Shown here piece after piece: positions 51,552-62,480 of a DNA stretch of 64,000 bases. Source of the stretch: Camelus dromedarius (Eukaryota). The notes under the pieces are model-generated. The model did not search any database. It saw nothing but the letters and a program-made list of their open reading frames with translations, and had not been told where the DNA came from. Location of the stretch: positions 78,122,001 through 78,186,000 of the forward strand of contig NC_087436.1 of assembly GCF_036321535.1 (NCBI RefSeq), given 5' to 3'. Every line of letters begins with the position of its first letter. Position 1 is the stretch's first letter. A program made the translations under genes and the position numbers.

Positions 51552-52025
51552 TTTTTTTAAAGTTCAATTTCTTTGGTTGTTTTTTTTTTTAATTGAAGTA
51601 TAGTCGACTTACAATGTTGTGTTAATTTCTGGTGCACAGCATAGTGATTCAGTTATACACACACACACATATTCTTTTTCATCTTAGGCCATTACAAGGA
51701 ATTGAATATAGTTCCCTGTGCTATACAGTAGGACCTTGTTCATCTATTTTATATATAGTAGTTAGCAAATCCCAAACTCCCAATTTATCCCTCCACACCC
51801 CCTTCCCCCCTCAGTAACCACAATTTTGTTTTCTACGACTGTGAGTCTGTTTCTGTTTTGTAAACAAGTTCACTTGTGTCATTTTTTTTAGATTCTGCAT
51901 ATAAGTGACAGCATATGGTATTTTTCTTTCTCTTGCTGACTTACTTCACTTAGCACGACAGTCTCCAGGTCCATCCATGTTGCTGCAATGGCATTATTTT
52001 ACTCCTTTTTTATGGCTGAGAAGTA
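51552..52025 (-). mobile_element. 5'-truncated artiodactyl-type L1 3' end
   Basis: (T)n aattgaagtatagtcgacttacaatgttgtgtta..ttgaatatagttccctgtgctatacagtaggacc..tccaggtccatccatgttgctgca; TSD-like tagataag(t/c)at at 51538 and 52027. Confidence 0.92.
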
Positions 52026-52869
52026 TTAGATAAGCATTTTCTAAGTTGTTAGATAAGCATTTTCTAAGTTGTTTTACCTCTTCTCTGTCTCTATCAACTT
52101 CATTCTCAAGACAAGCAGACAGAAAATAATGTAAACTGTGAAGACTGACTCTGAGCCAGTTAGGTAACCACAGTGCACTAAGAGAACTTATTATAGGGAC
52201 CTAAAACTTTCCAGGACAACTGTCATCCAAACTTTCAATTTGTTCCAGCCATCAATCTTGCTTTTAGTGGCTTTGGTGCTGGTGGAACTGGGAGGTAGAG
52301 CCTCCAACTCTCTTGTCTCACAAGCTGAAAAGAAAACTCTCCAAGTTCATTTATATTTATATCATATTTATGAGGGATTTGAATATAGAGCTTTGATGAA
52401 CAGAAGATGAATCCGATGGCATGTGTGAAAAGGTTAACGAGAGGCCAGCTGTATCAGCAAACAGAAGTTCACTATGTTGCTAGGAATGTCTTAATGTCAC
52501 ATTTTCATTAAAGAAATAATCATGAGTGTATCATGACTCATTTGCAATTTGGTGGCATTGAGGGAAAATTCATTATTTAGAGCAGCAATCACATCTGTGT
52601 TGCTTTTTCTCCAGCTCCTAGGGATTTATTTGACATTAGGAATGGAAAAAAACCAGACTGTCTATTGCCTTTATTTAAATAAGCGTGCACGAAAATAAAT
52701 AAGCAAGCAAACGCCCTTTCCTAGGGGGAACATCTCTCATAATTAATCATCATTAAGCATTCTTTGGCAACCCCAGGCCTGACTGGTCACTCCTCATGGA
52801 TATTTCACCTTGTTTTATTTTTCATGGTAAATTGTGATAAAAAATAAACCTCTGCCTCTTTTTTTTTTT

Positions 52870-53680
52870 AAACTTCAATGACTTTTAATGACACTTTACT
52901 TGAGTAATCCCTTCTGCTACTGTAATCTTTTCTGTATCTGATACTGCTTCATCTCCAAAATCTTACATCCCAAAATGCCACATTCTGACCACAAAATACT
53001 ATCCCACCAGCCCTCAGATCCCTAGCACTGAATACCTTTGCATCTAGACTTCATTTAGGTTTTAAATGGCTCGACTTCTCACTTCCCCTCTCCTAGCTTC
53101 ATTTCATTCTCCCAGGATTGGCTTAACCGACATTATTACTCCAACTCCTCACTGACGACCATCTTTAATTCCTTCACCCACTTAACGTTTTCCCTTGCAC
53201 TTGCCCTTCACATTCCTTAATCCGCGGACCATGTGTTCTCTGTTCCTCTCCCCAGACTATGGATCCCTTTTGAAAAAGATTACACCGTTCTATCAACAGG
53301 GACCACTCACAGCTCCAGGCTCTGCAGACGGCAGTACCACCCGGCAATTCCTCGGCCTGAGCTAGTGAATTTCCTCTTGCATTTCACCAAGGGGCTATTT
53401 CAATATTTCATTCCTATCTTAGAGGCCCCTATCCCATCCCCTACTTGCTGTTCTCAGGAGACGAGCTTTCCTTTTACTTCACAGGAAAATAAAGAGCCCA
53501 CTAGGCATGGATCCCCTCAACATCTTTCTCTTTCTCACCATTCCCAAATTCATCCACAGTCATGCTTCTCCCGACCTCAATCCCTGTCATGGTCGAGGAC
53601 TAGACGTTCACTTTCCTGTCCATCAGTTGCATCTTTCTCCACATTCCTCCACATTCTTCCATTTCTCCACTTGCTTCTTT
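52870..53680 (+). mobile_element. L2 ORF2 (N-terminal/middle) fragment, decayed
   Basis: ttctgaccac, aattccttcacccact, ggctatttcaa, ttctcaggagacgagctttccttttacttcacaggaaaat are L2 ORF2-like blocks. Confidence 0.55.
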
Positions 53681-53808
53681 GCTTGGCTGGATGGACTGAG
53701 TTGGAAAGAACACATTCTATTCATATTTTCTTTTACATGTGGAGTGAAGGGAGACTCTGGGCTAAAATTTGTAGCCCATTTTACATTACTCTCAACTGAA
53801 TTGGCAGC

Positions 53809-54197
53809 TATATTAGTTTGCTAGAGCTGTCTTAACAAAATACCACAGACTGGGTGGTTTAAACAATAGAAAAATATTTTTTCACAGTTTAGGAAGCTAG
53901 GAGTCCAAGATCAAGTTGTTAGCAGGGTTGGCTTCTTCGGAGACTTCTTTCATTGCCTTGTAGATGGCCGTCTTCTCTCTCTGTCTTCACGTGGCCTTTC
54001 CTCTGCACATCTCTGTACCTAAATGTCCTCTTCTCATAAGGACACCACTCATATAGGCTTAGCCCCCCACCCCAAATCTTCATTTCAGCTTAATTACCTC
54101 TTTAAAGATCCTACCTCAAAATACAGTCATTTCTAAGGTATTGGATGGGAGGACTTCAGCATATGACTTTGGGGGTGGACACAATCAGCCCACAACA
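53809..54197 (-). mobile_element. Complete MaLR solo LTR (MLT1B-like)
   Basis: tatattagtttgctagagctgtcttaacaaaataccacagactgggtggtttaaacaa..ataaggacacca..gacacaatcagcccacaaca. Confidence 0.92.
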
Positions 54198-54648
54198 GAA
54201 GATATATATGTAGAGCTGTAGGCTGAAAATCAGCATATTTCACCCTTTCCCTTCTCTTGAGACGTGTCTTCATTTGCATTCCTCACAAAAATGCCTGAAG
54301 AATTTCTAGTGAGCTAGTTTCTAAACCTTGGAGTCTTAATTTAACATTACACCAAGTCCTAAAATTAAAAACAAACAAACACCATGGAGTGTTTCACACG
54401 CTTACTGGAAAATAAAAGACACCTAGGTGGATGTCATTTTCTTGGCAATCTCACTCATTAATTTATTTTATTTGCAAATGTATTAACAGTAGCCCTGTTT
54501 CCACCGAGGACTTGAGAGTCTACGTCATTTCTCCATTCCTCTGAGTTGAGCTCCAAGAAAGAGCTGCCAGAAGGGGTCCACTCGGAAATTATGGCTGGAG
54601 CTCCTTTGCTTTGTGCATCAAGCTTGCCGCTCTGCAACCCGCCAGGCC

Positions 54649-54667
54649 CGCCGCCAGCAGGGGGCTA
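54649..54667 (+). promoter_or_regulatory. CTCF core motif
   Basis: cgccgCCAGCAGGGGGCta closely matches the CTCF core CC(A/G)(C/G)(C/T)AG(G/A)(G/T)GGC, in unique CpG-containing sequence. Confidence 0.55.
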
Positions 54668-54878
54668 CATTCCCAGCTCTTCTTGCCTTGCCTAGCAGCA
54701 GCCTCTCTGGCAAGAAGCCCCTCTGGTCTCTGAATAGCATATTGGAGGCAATCCCTTGCCTGCTGGCACTGTGACAATAGTGGTGAGAACCACACCTTAC
54801 AGCTGCAAAGCCCCAAAGTTCTTTCCCTGCTCCTCTGGTTTACTTGGCACTCCCTTCCAGCAGCTTTTGGTGACTTCT

Positions 54879-54934
54879 ATGCATACGCACACACACACGC
54901 ACATGCACGCGCGTGCACACACACACATATACAC
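54879..54934. repeat. (CA)/(CG)/(TG) purine-pyrimidine microsatellite
   Basis: atgcatacgcacacacacacgcacatgcacgcgcgtgcacacacacacatatacac. Confidence 0.9.
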
Positions 54935-57516
54935 CTCAGACAGGGAAGGATGGTCAGCCAGTGTCTTCCCCTCAAAGAACAGACACTGCAATTTCCCTGG
55001 GACTTTAAAAGCATCTCCCTTTTGACTTTTCGATGGAGTCGATTGAGGCAATAATCACCATGTTATCAGGAATAAGCACCTGCTTCATCTTCACCAAAGA
55101 ACTCAGTCCAGAGGTCCTAGCCTAGAAGTAGGAGAAGGGGAAGAACAGCTCATGCTTTCCTCATTTTATAGCTGAAAGAACTAAGAAGAATGTTAGGAGT
55201 CAAAAGAGAGGCTGACACATAAAGGATCAAGCAGAGCTGGTACCCACTCCCATGCTGAATTCTTGCCACTGACTTGGGAGAGCTCATCCAAACCGCTGCC
55301 CTCCAGCCCTGAGAAAGGAGACATATCAATGGAACGAGAACTTTCTCAAAGGTAAGCGGAAGATATTAGCAATATTTCTTGCATTTTCTCTATGAGATTA
55401 CCAAATTTAAAAAGTATTGACTTTAAAGAGATAACATGAGAAAACAAAGTGGCAAAATTGACAGAAACCCATTCTTCCTTCACGATAACTTACTTTAATT
55501 TTACGAAACTCTTAGGTAAGATAGAAATGCACCAGCTTCTGGAAATATGGAGTGACACTGAAGAGAAATGTCTGAAAGCTATCCATCCCTCTGAATACCT
55601 GTGAACTTTGTCCTAGGCTGTTGATTTCGATTTCTTGTTTTCTATCCACTTGTCCTTTGTATGAATTTGAAGAGAAGCTATTTCATTCAGTGCTACCCTA
55701 AACAGTCATACTCGGAAACATCTAAGCATAGATTCTTTTTATACAAGTTCCCTGCCCAAGGGCATTTTACAGGAATGCATTGTTGGGGCCTGGATAACGG
55801 GGACCCCTTAGCCAGATACGAAGATTGCTAACAGCAACATAAAGGTGAACGTGCACAGAAAACATAAGGCAGAGAGGGACAATCTTTGCCAGATGTAATT
55901 TGCGTGAGCAGCTCCTCGGGGGATGGCAGCGCTTGAAAATATGCAGAAAGAGCAAGCAGGTTTCTTGCCATAAGGAACAGAGGTGCAGCAGCCCAGGCAT
56001 GTGACGAGGCAGCCGGCTGGAGGAGGGCCCTTTTCTGTCCCAAGACCAGAAGCTTTTCCCAAAGGCTTTGCCCCACTCCCACCACACACCCACAGACACT
56101 GAGGGCAACAGATTCCCCAGGTCAGCTCAGCCTTAGCAAGGGCAGTGGAGTTTGACCAAACGCTGACAAAACTCTTACGGGTAAAGGAGATGACAAGAAA
56201 ATGCAGTGAGAAGGGTATGTGCAAACAGTCATGCTCAAGAGCTCACGCTCTGCAAAGAGACAAGCCTTTGCAGAAAAGGAAAGAGAAACACCTTCCAGCA
56301 GGCTTACTATTTTTAGTGGCACAGAAAAATATTTACTGTGTTCAATCACCAAGTCTATTGAAGGCAATTTACGTGCATTAAAAAATAAGCTCGTCATTTG
56401 AAATTGTAATGAGAGACATCGCGCCTATGCACGCAGATGTGATTGCACAGAAGCCTGCCAGATCTGGAAGAATCCAAACACTCCCTGCCTTGTCCTGGGG
56501 AGCTCCCTACTATTTACAGCTGTGTGGAGTCTTTATTCAGCATCCTTTAGCTTGTCAGACACCACCTGCTGTTCATTTCCAAATGGAAAACCTGAACGGA
56601 CACAGCAGCATTGTTACATGTTTCAGTGCCATCTGAGTACAGCGTGGGCGCTGGGGAGCACAGTTCATTATACACCTGCCATTCATTTGATCATTGTTTA
56701 ATCTTGGTTATGCACTCAAGGTGTCTCAACTAGGTCCTCCTGTAAAGATGATGAAGTCTCTCTAACCAGAGAAACAATATAAGTAGGTGAAGCTCAACTT
56801 CTTTGCAACCAAGGTGTCTGTAAATTCCAAACAAACACACGACACAGAATATTTTTAAAAAGCTCCACACAACCATGGCATCTAGGATGGGTTTTGCTCT
56901 TTGTCAGGTGTCATTACTGAAGGGTCTATTCTACAAGGAAACAGGAAGGAAACGCACAGTTTGCTAGGCAGAAAACGGTGCCAGATGTCTCCAGATGTTT
57001 CCAAATGTCCCTTGGGAAGCAAAATCGGTCCTGGTTGAACTGATGAAGCCTTTTAGGAAATCTTTTATTTCTTAACATGGGGGTTCTTTTGTTAGGTTTC
57101 ACAACATAACTAATGGCTTCATACAAAGACGCAAAACTATTGGTTTCCTTCGTGTGACTTCAGTCTTTACCAAACTATCCTATTCCAGCCAACCTTCCTC
57201 CTTACATTTACTTAACATTTTTATAGACATAGCATTCCATTTAAGCCCTGAAAAATACAAAAGTAAGTAAAATATAGTCCTTTCCCTAAAGGAATTAGGA
57301 ACTTCCAGAGGGAAACAGACTTTTAAACAAAGACAAAAGGAAGTCCAAATGCCCTGCAAAACTTGCTATATTACCATTCTTCCAGATTCCCTTTCCTTTT
57401 GGCCCCTCACCTCGTCTGTATGACTTACGACTTTGTCCCACCCTGGGCTTGATTAAGAAGTTTTGAACATGCAGCATTTTAGCATTCCAGCATTCCGTCA
57501 CCATCATCCATCCACC

Positions 57517-57789
57517 CAAAACTTGTGGTTGCCAAGGATGCAGGGGGTGGGAAGGGACAGACTGGGATTTCAGAATTTGTAGATACTGACAGGCATATGC
57601 AGAATAGATAAACAAGATGATACTGTATAGCACAGGGAAATACATACAAGATCTTGTGGTAGCTCACAGCGGAGAAAAAAATGTGACAATGAATATACTT
57701 ATGTTCATTTATAACTGAAAAATTGTGGTCTACATTGGAATTTGACACAACATTGTAAAATGACTATAACTCAATAAAAAAGAAAGAAA
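57517..57789 (+). mobile_element. Young-type 5'-truncated L1 3' end
   Basis: aaacttgtggttgccaagg..tactgtatagcacagggaaatacatacaagatcttgtggtagctcacag..gacacaacattgtaaaatgactataactcaataaaaa. Confidence 0.9.
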
Positions 57790-57805
57790 GAAAAAGAACA
57801 CGTAG

Positions 57806-57914
57806 GCTCACACAGGCACCTCTTATCTGTGTAGCCTGCTGTTGTCTATGGCAGTGTAACCTAATAAACTCCTTCTCTGTTTTCAAAAAAAAAAAAAGAA
57901 AGAAAGAAAAAAGA
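57806..57914 (+). pseudogene. Short retrocopy of an unidentified polyadenylated RNA 3' end (79 nt + A-rich tail)
   Basis: AATAAA at 57863-57868, A13 from 57885, flanked by the 16 bp TSD gaaaaagaaca(c/t)gtag (57790-57805, 57915-57930). Confidence 0.75.
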
Positions 57915-58244
57915 GAAAAAGAACATGTAGAAATCCAAGAAGTAGGAGAAAGAGATCAGATTTTAACATTTTCATATTCATTTTGCATTTTTATTCCAGC
58001 TTGTGGTGTGATAAAGGATCAAAAACCTGGATGTGTGAAACCTGATTTTTAGTCTATATAAAAGTCTGGGAAAAAGACATTTTTACCTGCATAGCAAGAC
58101 CAATTACGGACAACAACCATTCCTAATGACTATCAATTCACAATTAGTAAATGGAAAAAAGAACCATAGCTCTTACTACTCCTTACCTTTCCAGAAACAA
58201 TAACTCATCAATATTGGTTTTAATGAATTTGGAGTTAGCACCTT

Positions 58245-58584
58245 GCTTCCAGCCTCAATCCAACAGGGAGTGAATGCTCTACAGGACAATGCCCTTACTT
58301 GACTCTGATAAAATCCAAAGATCCCTTTTCTGACTCATTTTATTTTCCCTCAGCAGCATTTTGCAGAGTTCTCCACACTTTCTCCTCTTTCAACCCTTGT
58401 AACATGACGGTCTCCTGGTTTTCTTATTCCCTCAGTGGCGTCTGCCTTTTAGTCTACTTTGTTGTCTCCGCCTGTTCCTCAGGTCTGCCTCTAAATATCA
58501 GAACTCCACAGGGCGTCATGCCTGGATTCTCTTCCATCTGCTCTCTCTACCTTTTCCCTCCGTGATTTCATGGGTTTAAATCAT
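58245..58584 (+). mobile_element. L2 RT region, 5' part
   Basis: Translates ..SWFSYSLSG..LNIRTPQGVMPG.., compare the RT GVPQGS motif. Confidence 0.75.
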
Positions 58585-59779
58585 GGACATTGAGGTTGGC
58601 TTCCCAAATTGGTTTCACACCAGATACTTTGTCTAAGTCAATAGCAGAAATCCCAGGATCGTTGCCTGTGATTGGTTCAGGGATGGGCAGGCTTAAGCCA
58701 ATTTGGACCAATAAGGTGTGAGCAAAAGTTTGCTGGGGACTCCCTTTTTGTTCTTAAGTAAGAGCCATAGTTAGCCAATCATAGTGCCTGTCTGTCTGTC
58801 TGTCTGTCTGTCTGTCACTCTTCCCCCTTTCACATATGAACGAGGAAGCTCACAGCTCTGATGCCAACTACATGAAACCAGCTTTGGGATATAGAAGACA
58901 CTGGTGCAGAACAACAAAGAGAAGGAAATATTTGAGTCTTTGAAAACGTCACTGAAGTGTTGGACAAACCAAACCAGAAGCCTGACCTATGTCTGGGATT
59001 CCTCTTGAAACAGAGCAGGAACTTATGGGGCCTTCCCAGGACAGACCCTCTCCATGTCCTCCACCTGCATCTTGTCTGTAGAAAAACTTGAGCCAAAGAA
59101 TAAACTTAATCACAGAAGTGAGAAAATGCAGAAGCAGATGAAAACAGTCAAACAAGACTAAATAACAATTTAGTCACTAAGCAAAGTCAGGGACTTTTAG
59201 TTCCTCCTCAAGGGCTATAGATAATACTCTGAACTACAACCTTTGAGCTGTTTTGTAGATACTGAAACCCCCACTGGGTGGAAGAAGTTAATTACATGAT
59301 GACCAGACTGTAGCCATGACATAAGCTGCCCCATCTTGCACAATTCTGAGAACTGGCCTCTAAGGCATTGGAACAAACTGACCCTGGAACTGAAGATTAA
59401 CTATACTTAAAACAATCTAGATGACACTGATTAGACCATTCATGACCAATTTCAAGATGGCTGTCAGAGCTGATTGAACTGTTCTGCATGTAGCCCCCTC
59501 CCTCTGCCTATATACCTCTGAAACTCCCCCTTTAAAAGCTCTTGCCCCCTGATCAGCAGGGGGAGTTGGCTTTTGGACGTGAGTCTTCCTTCTCCCTTGG
59601 TTACCAGCCTCTGGAATAAAGTAACCTTTCCTCTCCTACCAACACCTGCCTCTTGAGTAGTGGCTTATGAGTGATGAGTAACCAGATCTGAGTTTGGTAA
59701 CACTCCTACATATCATTATCACTTAAACTAGTTTTTGAGTTTCCTGCTACATGCAGCAGGAAATATTGTAACTGATACA
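58585..59779 (+). mobile_element. MaLR LTR (MLT1K-like), split by an ERV LTR
   Basis: gtgattggttcagggatgggca..ggaccaataag..ggacaaaccaaaccagaagcctg; resumes at 59703 and ends taactgataca; TSD atcat/atcac at 58580-58584 and 59780-59784. Confidence 0.75.
59006..59702 (+). mobile_element. ERV1-class solo LTR, complete
   Basis: TG..CA termini (tgaaacagagcagga..tttggtaaca), 4 bp TSD ctct/ctcc, TATA-like tttaaaa 59531-59537, AATAAA 59615-59620. Confidence 0.88.
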
Positions 59780-60766
59780 ATCACCTACATGCAGATAACT
59801 CTGAAATTTTTATCTCAGCCATCACATCTGCCCTTAATCCAGATCCATATATATAACCGTCTATTTAACATCTCCACCTGGGTATGTAATAGTCATTCAA
59901 AACTTGTCCAAAATAGAGCTCCTGATTATCTCTTTTCCTCCTAATCTGCTCTCTCCTGGGCTTTCATATCTCTGTAAGTGTTACCTTGTGCTCAGGCCAA
60001 ACCAGATGGAGTTGCCTTGTGTTACCTTTTTCCCTGACCCCATATCTAATCCATCTACCAGGTCTGTCCACCCTACCTACAAAAAAACCCCCAAACTTTA
60101 TACTTTTCTCCTCTCCTTCTAACCCCTAAGTCAAGCAACCACTTCCCTCACTTGGACTCAGGCACTGGCCTCCTAACTGCCCTCCTCCTGCCTCTATTCT
60201 CCCTGCTATAATCTTCTCACAGAAGCCGGAGTAATTGTGTCAAACAGAAAATCAGATCATTCTCTTTCCTCTTTCAAATCCTCGATGACTCTTCACCAAA
60301 CCTAGAATAAGACTTAAATTCTTCACCTCTGCCTAAAAGGCCCTCCATGTGCTGCCCTCACGCTGCTTGTTTGCAAGGCCCTTCCTGCACCCTCCTGTGC
60401 ATCCCTCGAGCCAAGCTCATCCCCACCCCACAGTGCTGCACTTGTTTTTCTCCCTGCCAGGAACCCCCACTCTCCCAAACCATCACGTGGCTGGCTTCTC
60501 TCACGATGTCTGTCTCAAATCAAATAACACCCCCCCAGGGAGCCCTTCACTGGCCAATGCAGTCACTGTCACCCCACCCAGGCGTACCGTCCTCCCTTCC
60601 TGGCTTACTGCCTTTCCTGGGTGGCTCTGCTTACCAGACAACAAGCCTTAAGAGGACAGAAATCCTGTCAGCCTTGTTCACTGAGGTGTCTCCACATCCT
60701 AGAACAGCGACCACTGCATGAGAGGCAGTAAAGAAATTTTGTTAACTTGGTTGAATAAGTGGATGG
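59780..60766 (+). mobile_element. L2 RT region, 3' part through L2 terminus
   Basis: Resumes HLHADNSEIFIS (degenerate YADD motif); acatctccacctgggtatgtaatagtcattcaaaact; ccttgttcactgaggtgtctccacatcctagaacag. Confidence 0.85.
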
Positions 60767-60864
60767 GTGCATCTAAGGGAGGACAGACAGATTATGGAGA
60801 CACACTCTTTTGCTTTGTTAACTATCTAATTTTCCTCAAAAGACATTTACAAAAACCATCTTAG

Positions 60865-61100
60865 GAGAGCGCAAACAGTGAAACCAGACTCTCTGAATCT
60901 GAAGGCTCATTAGGATTGAACCCGCTGAGGACGCAGGGCAAGACAAACTCCCTGTGTCTCTTTTCTCCTATGTGAAATGAGTGAACAATAGTATCCACTT
61001 CAGAGGATTATTATGAAAACAACATGGAACAATATTTGAAAAGGGCTTTGTGCAAGGTCTGGCACCTAATAAACACTGTATAAGTTTGGCTATCATTTGA
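60865..61100 (+). mobile_element. MIR
   Basis: ctcctatgtgaaatgagtgaacaatagtatccacttcagaggattatt..tctggcacctaataaacact. Confidence 0.7.
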
Positions 61101-61135
61101 TATTATTATAATTATTCCAGAGCACCTCTCTAGAG

Positions 61136-61357
61136 AAGGAGCAGGTAAACTATGACCTAGGTGACAAATTCAGTCCCTCATCTGCTTTGTAAATAAAGTA
61201 TTATTGGAACTCAGTCACACCCATTCATTTTTGTATTGTCTATGGCTGTTTTTGCTGTATAATGGCAGAGCTGATTAGTTCCAGCAGAAAGGCAGTAATG
61301 CCCACAAAGCTTAAAACATGTACTATCTGGTTCTTTATAGTAAGTTTGCCAGCCCTT
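61136..61357 (+). mobile_element. MER58A (hAT-Charlie) MITE
   Basis: ttgtaaataaagtattattggaactcagtcacacccattcatttttgtattgtctatggctg..tactatctgg..aagtttgccagccc. Confidence 0.9.
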
Positions 61358-61879
61358 ATTTTTGCGCATACCCGAAGGGTTTAGATAAATTACAAGACAG
61401 TAATGATGACTCTTTACAGATACGTTTTGCTGAATTTTTAAAAAAATAGCCCTGAACATCTAGACCCTGGTTTGATCTCCTGAATCTCCAGTTGTCTGAT
61501 GCTATGTGAAAGCAAAAGGCAAAGCTGTAAGTGCCCAAGGGCAATGCCAGCTGCTATGCCTACAGGAGACTGACTAGGAAGTCACATGACCACAGAGAAA
61601 CTGCTAATAGTCGTGCCAACTTTCCCAGTAATCCCCTTTTTAATTGAGAGACAGAATCTCAGTAACTACTTATGGTTTAGTGTGCAACAACCCATAAAAA
61701 AGGGTTTACAAGGAATTTCTTAAGCTTAAAAATGAAATGCTTGTGCAGATCTTGATTAATCAAAGTTTTCAATATCAGCATCCAAGCTATGCCTCCAATT
61801 TCTTGTGACAAACATGGTAGGCTTTAGCTTATGCAAAACCCAACTCAGTGCTGACCCCATTCTCCTTTGCCTGCCTCTA

Positions 61880-62233
61880 CTGTAGAGACTGGAAAATAAA
61901 ACAAAACAAAATAATCTCCCAGCTTCTCTTTCAGTGAGAGATATTTATATACCACAGCCCTGGACAAAAGAGATGTAAATGGAAATCTGTTGGCATTGCC
62001 TTTCCAATCTTTTTGCCTTGAATACAGACATAGCACCTAAAACGGCCACAACTATCTTGTGATCATGAGGGAACAGAGACAGCAGTTAGAATAGTTTTGA
62101 GCATTTCATCTAAACCAACATCAGCCATGCCTACCTTTGCCCTGAGCTTGTGAGAAGAACAAGCCACTCTTTATGTAACTCACGGTCACTGTGTTTTGTT
62201 ACTTCGAATAAAAGCCTCCTCCTAAATGATGTA
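61880..62233 (+). mobile_element. Old MaLR LTR fragment (MLT1L/M-like)
   Basis: tgccttgaatacagaca..ctatcttgtgatcatgaggg..ttttgttactt..cctaaatgat. Confidence 0.55.
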
Positions 62234-62264
62234 TTTCCCAAACTGAAAACTGGGGGACTAGTGA

Positions 62265-62480
62265 AAGGCAACATGTTATAAGAGAAAATGTACAGGAGTC
62301 AAAAGAACTGGACTCAAGTTCTGACCCTTCCATTTATTAACAAAGGGACCAGACGGCATTACGGACACTTTCTTACTCTGTAGCTCCAACTGCGCCTCCA
62401 CATCTTATGGTTGTTTAAGGCCCAAGTCAGCAAACACACGTGAACATGCTTACGACAAAGCGTATGCAACGTGTGATTAA
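62265..62480 (+). mobile_element. MIR
   Basis: aggagtcaaaagaactggactcaagttctgacccttccatttatta. Confidence 0.6.

Noticed and set aside
53233..53824. Longest ORF (188 aa) and its overlapping partner
   Set aside because: They lie in pyrimidine-rich decayed L2 sequence; no recognisable host protein.
56604..56626. miR-103/107-like sequence AGCAGCATTGT
   Set aside because: Only the first 11 nt match; the rest diverges and I see no pre-miRNA-length hairpin.
58299..58565. ORF with an RT-like TPQG motif (possible retron or active reverse transcriptase)
   Set aside because: It is a decayed L2 LINE RT fragment, interrupted by LTRs and with a degenerate catalytic motif.
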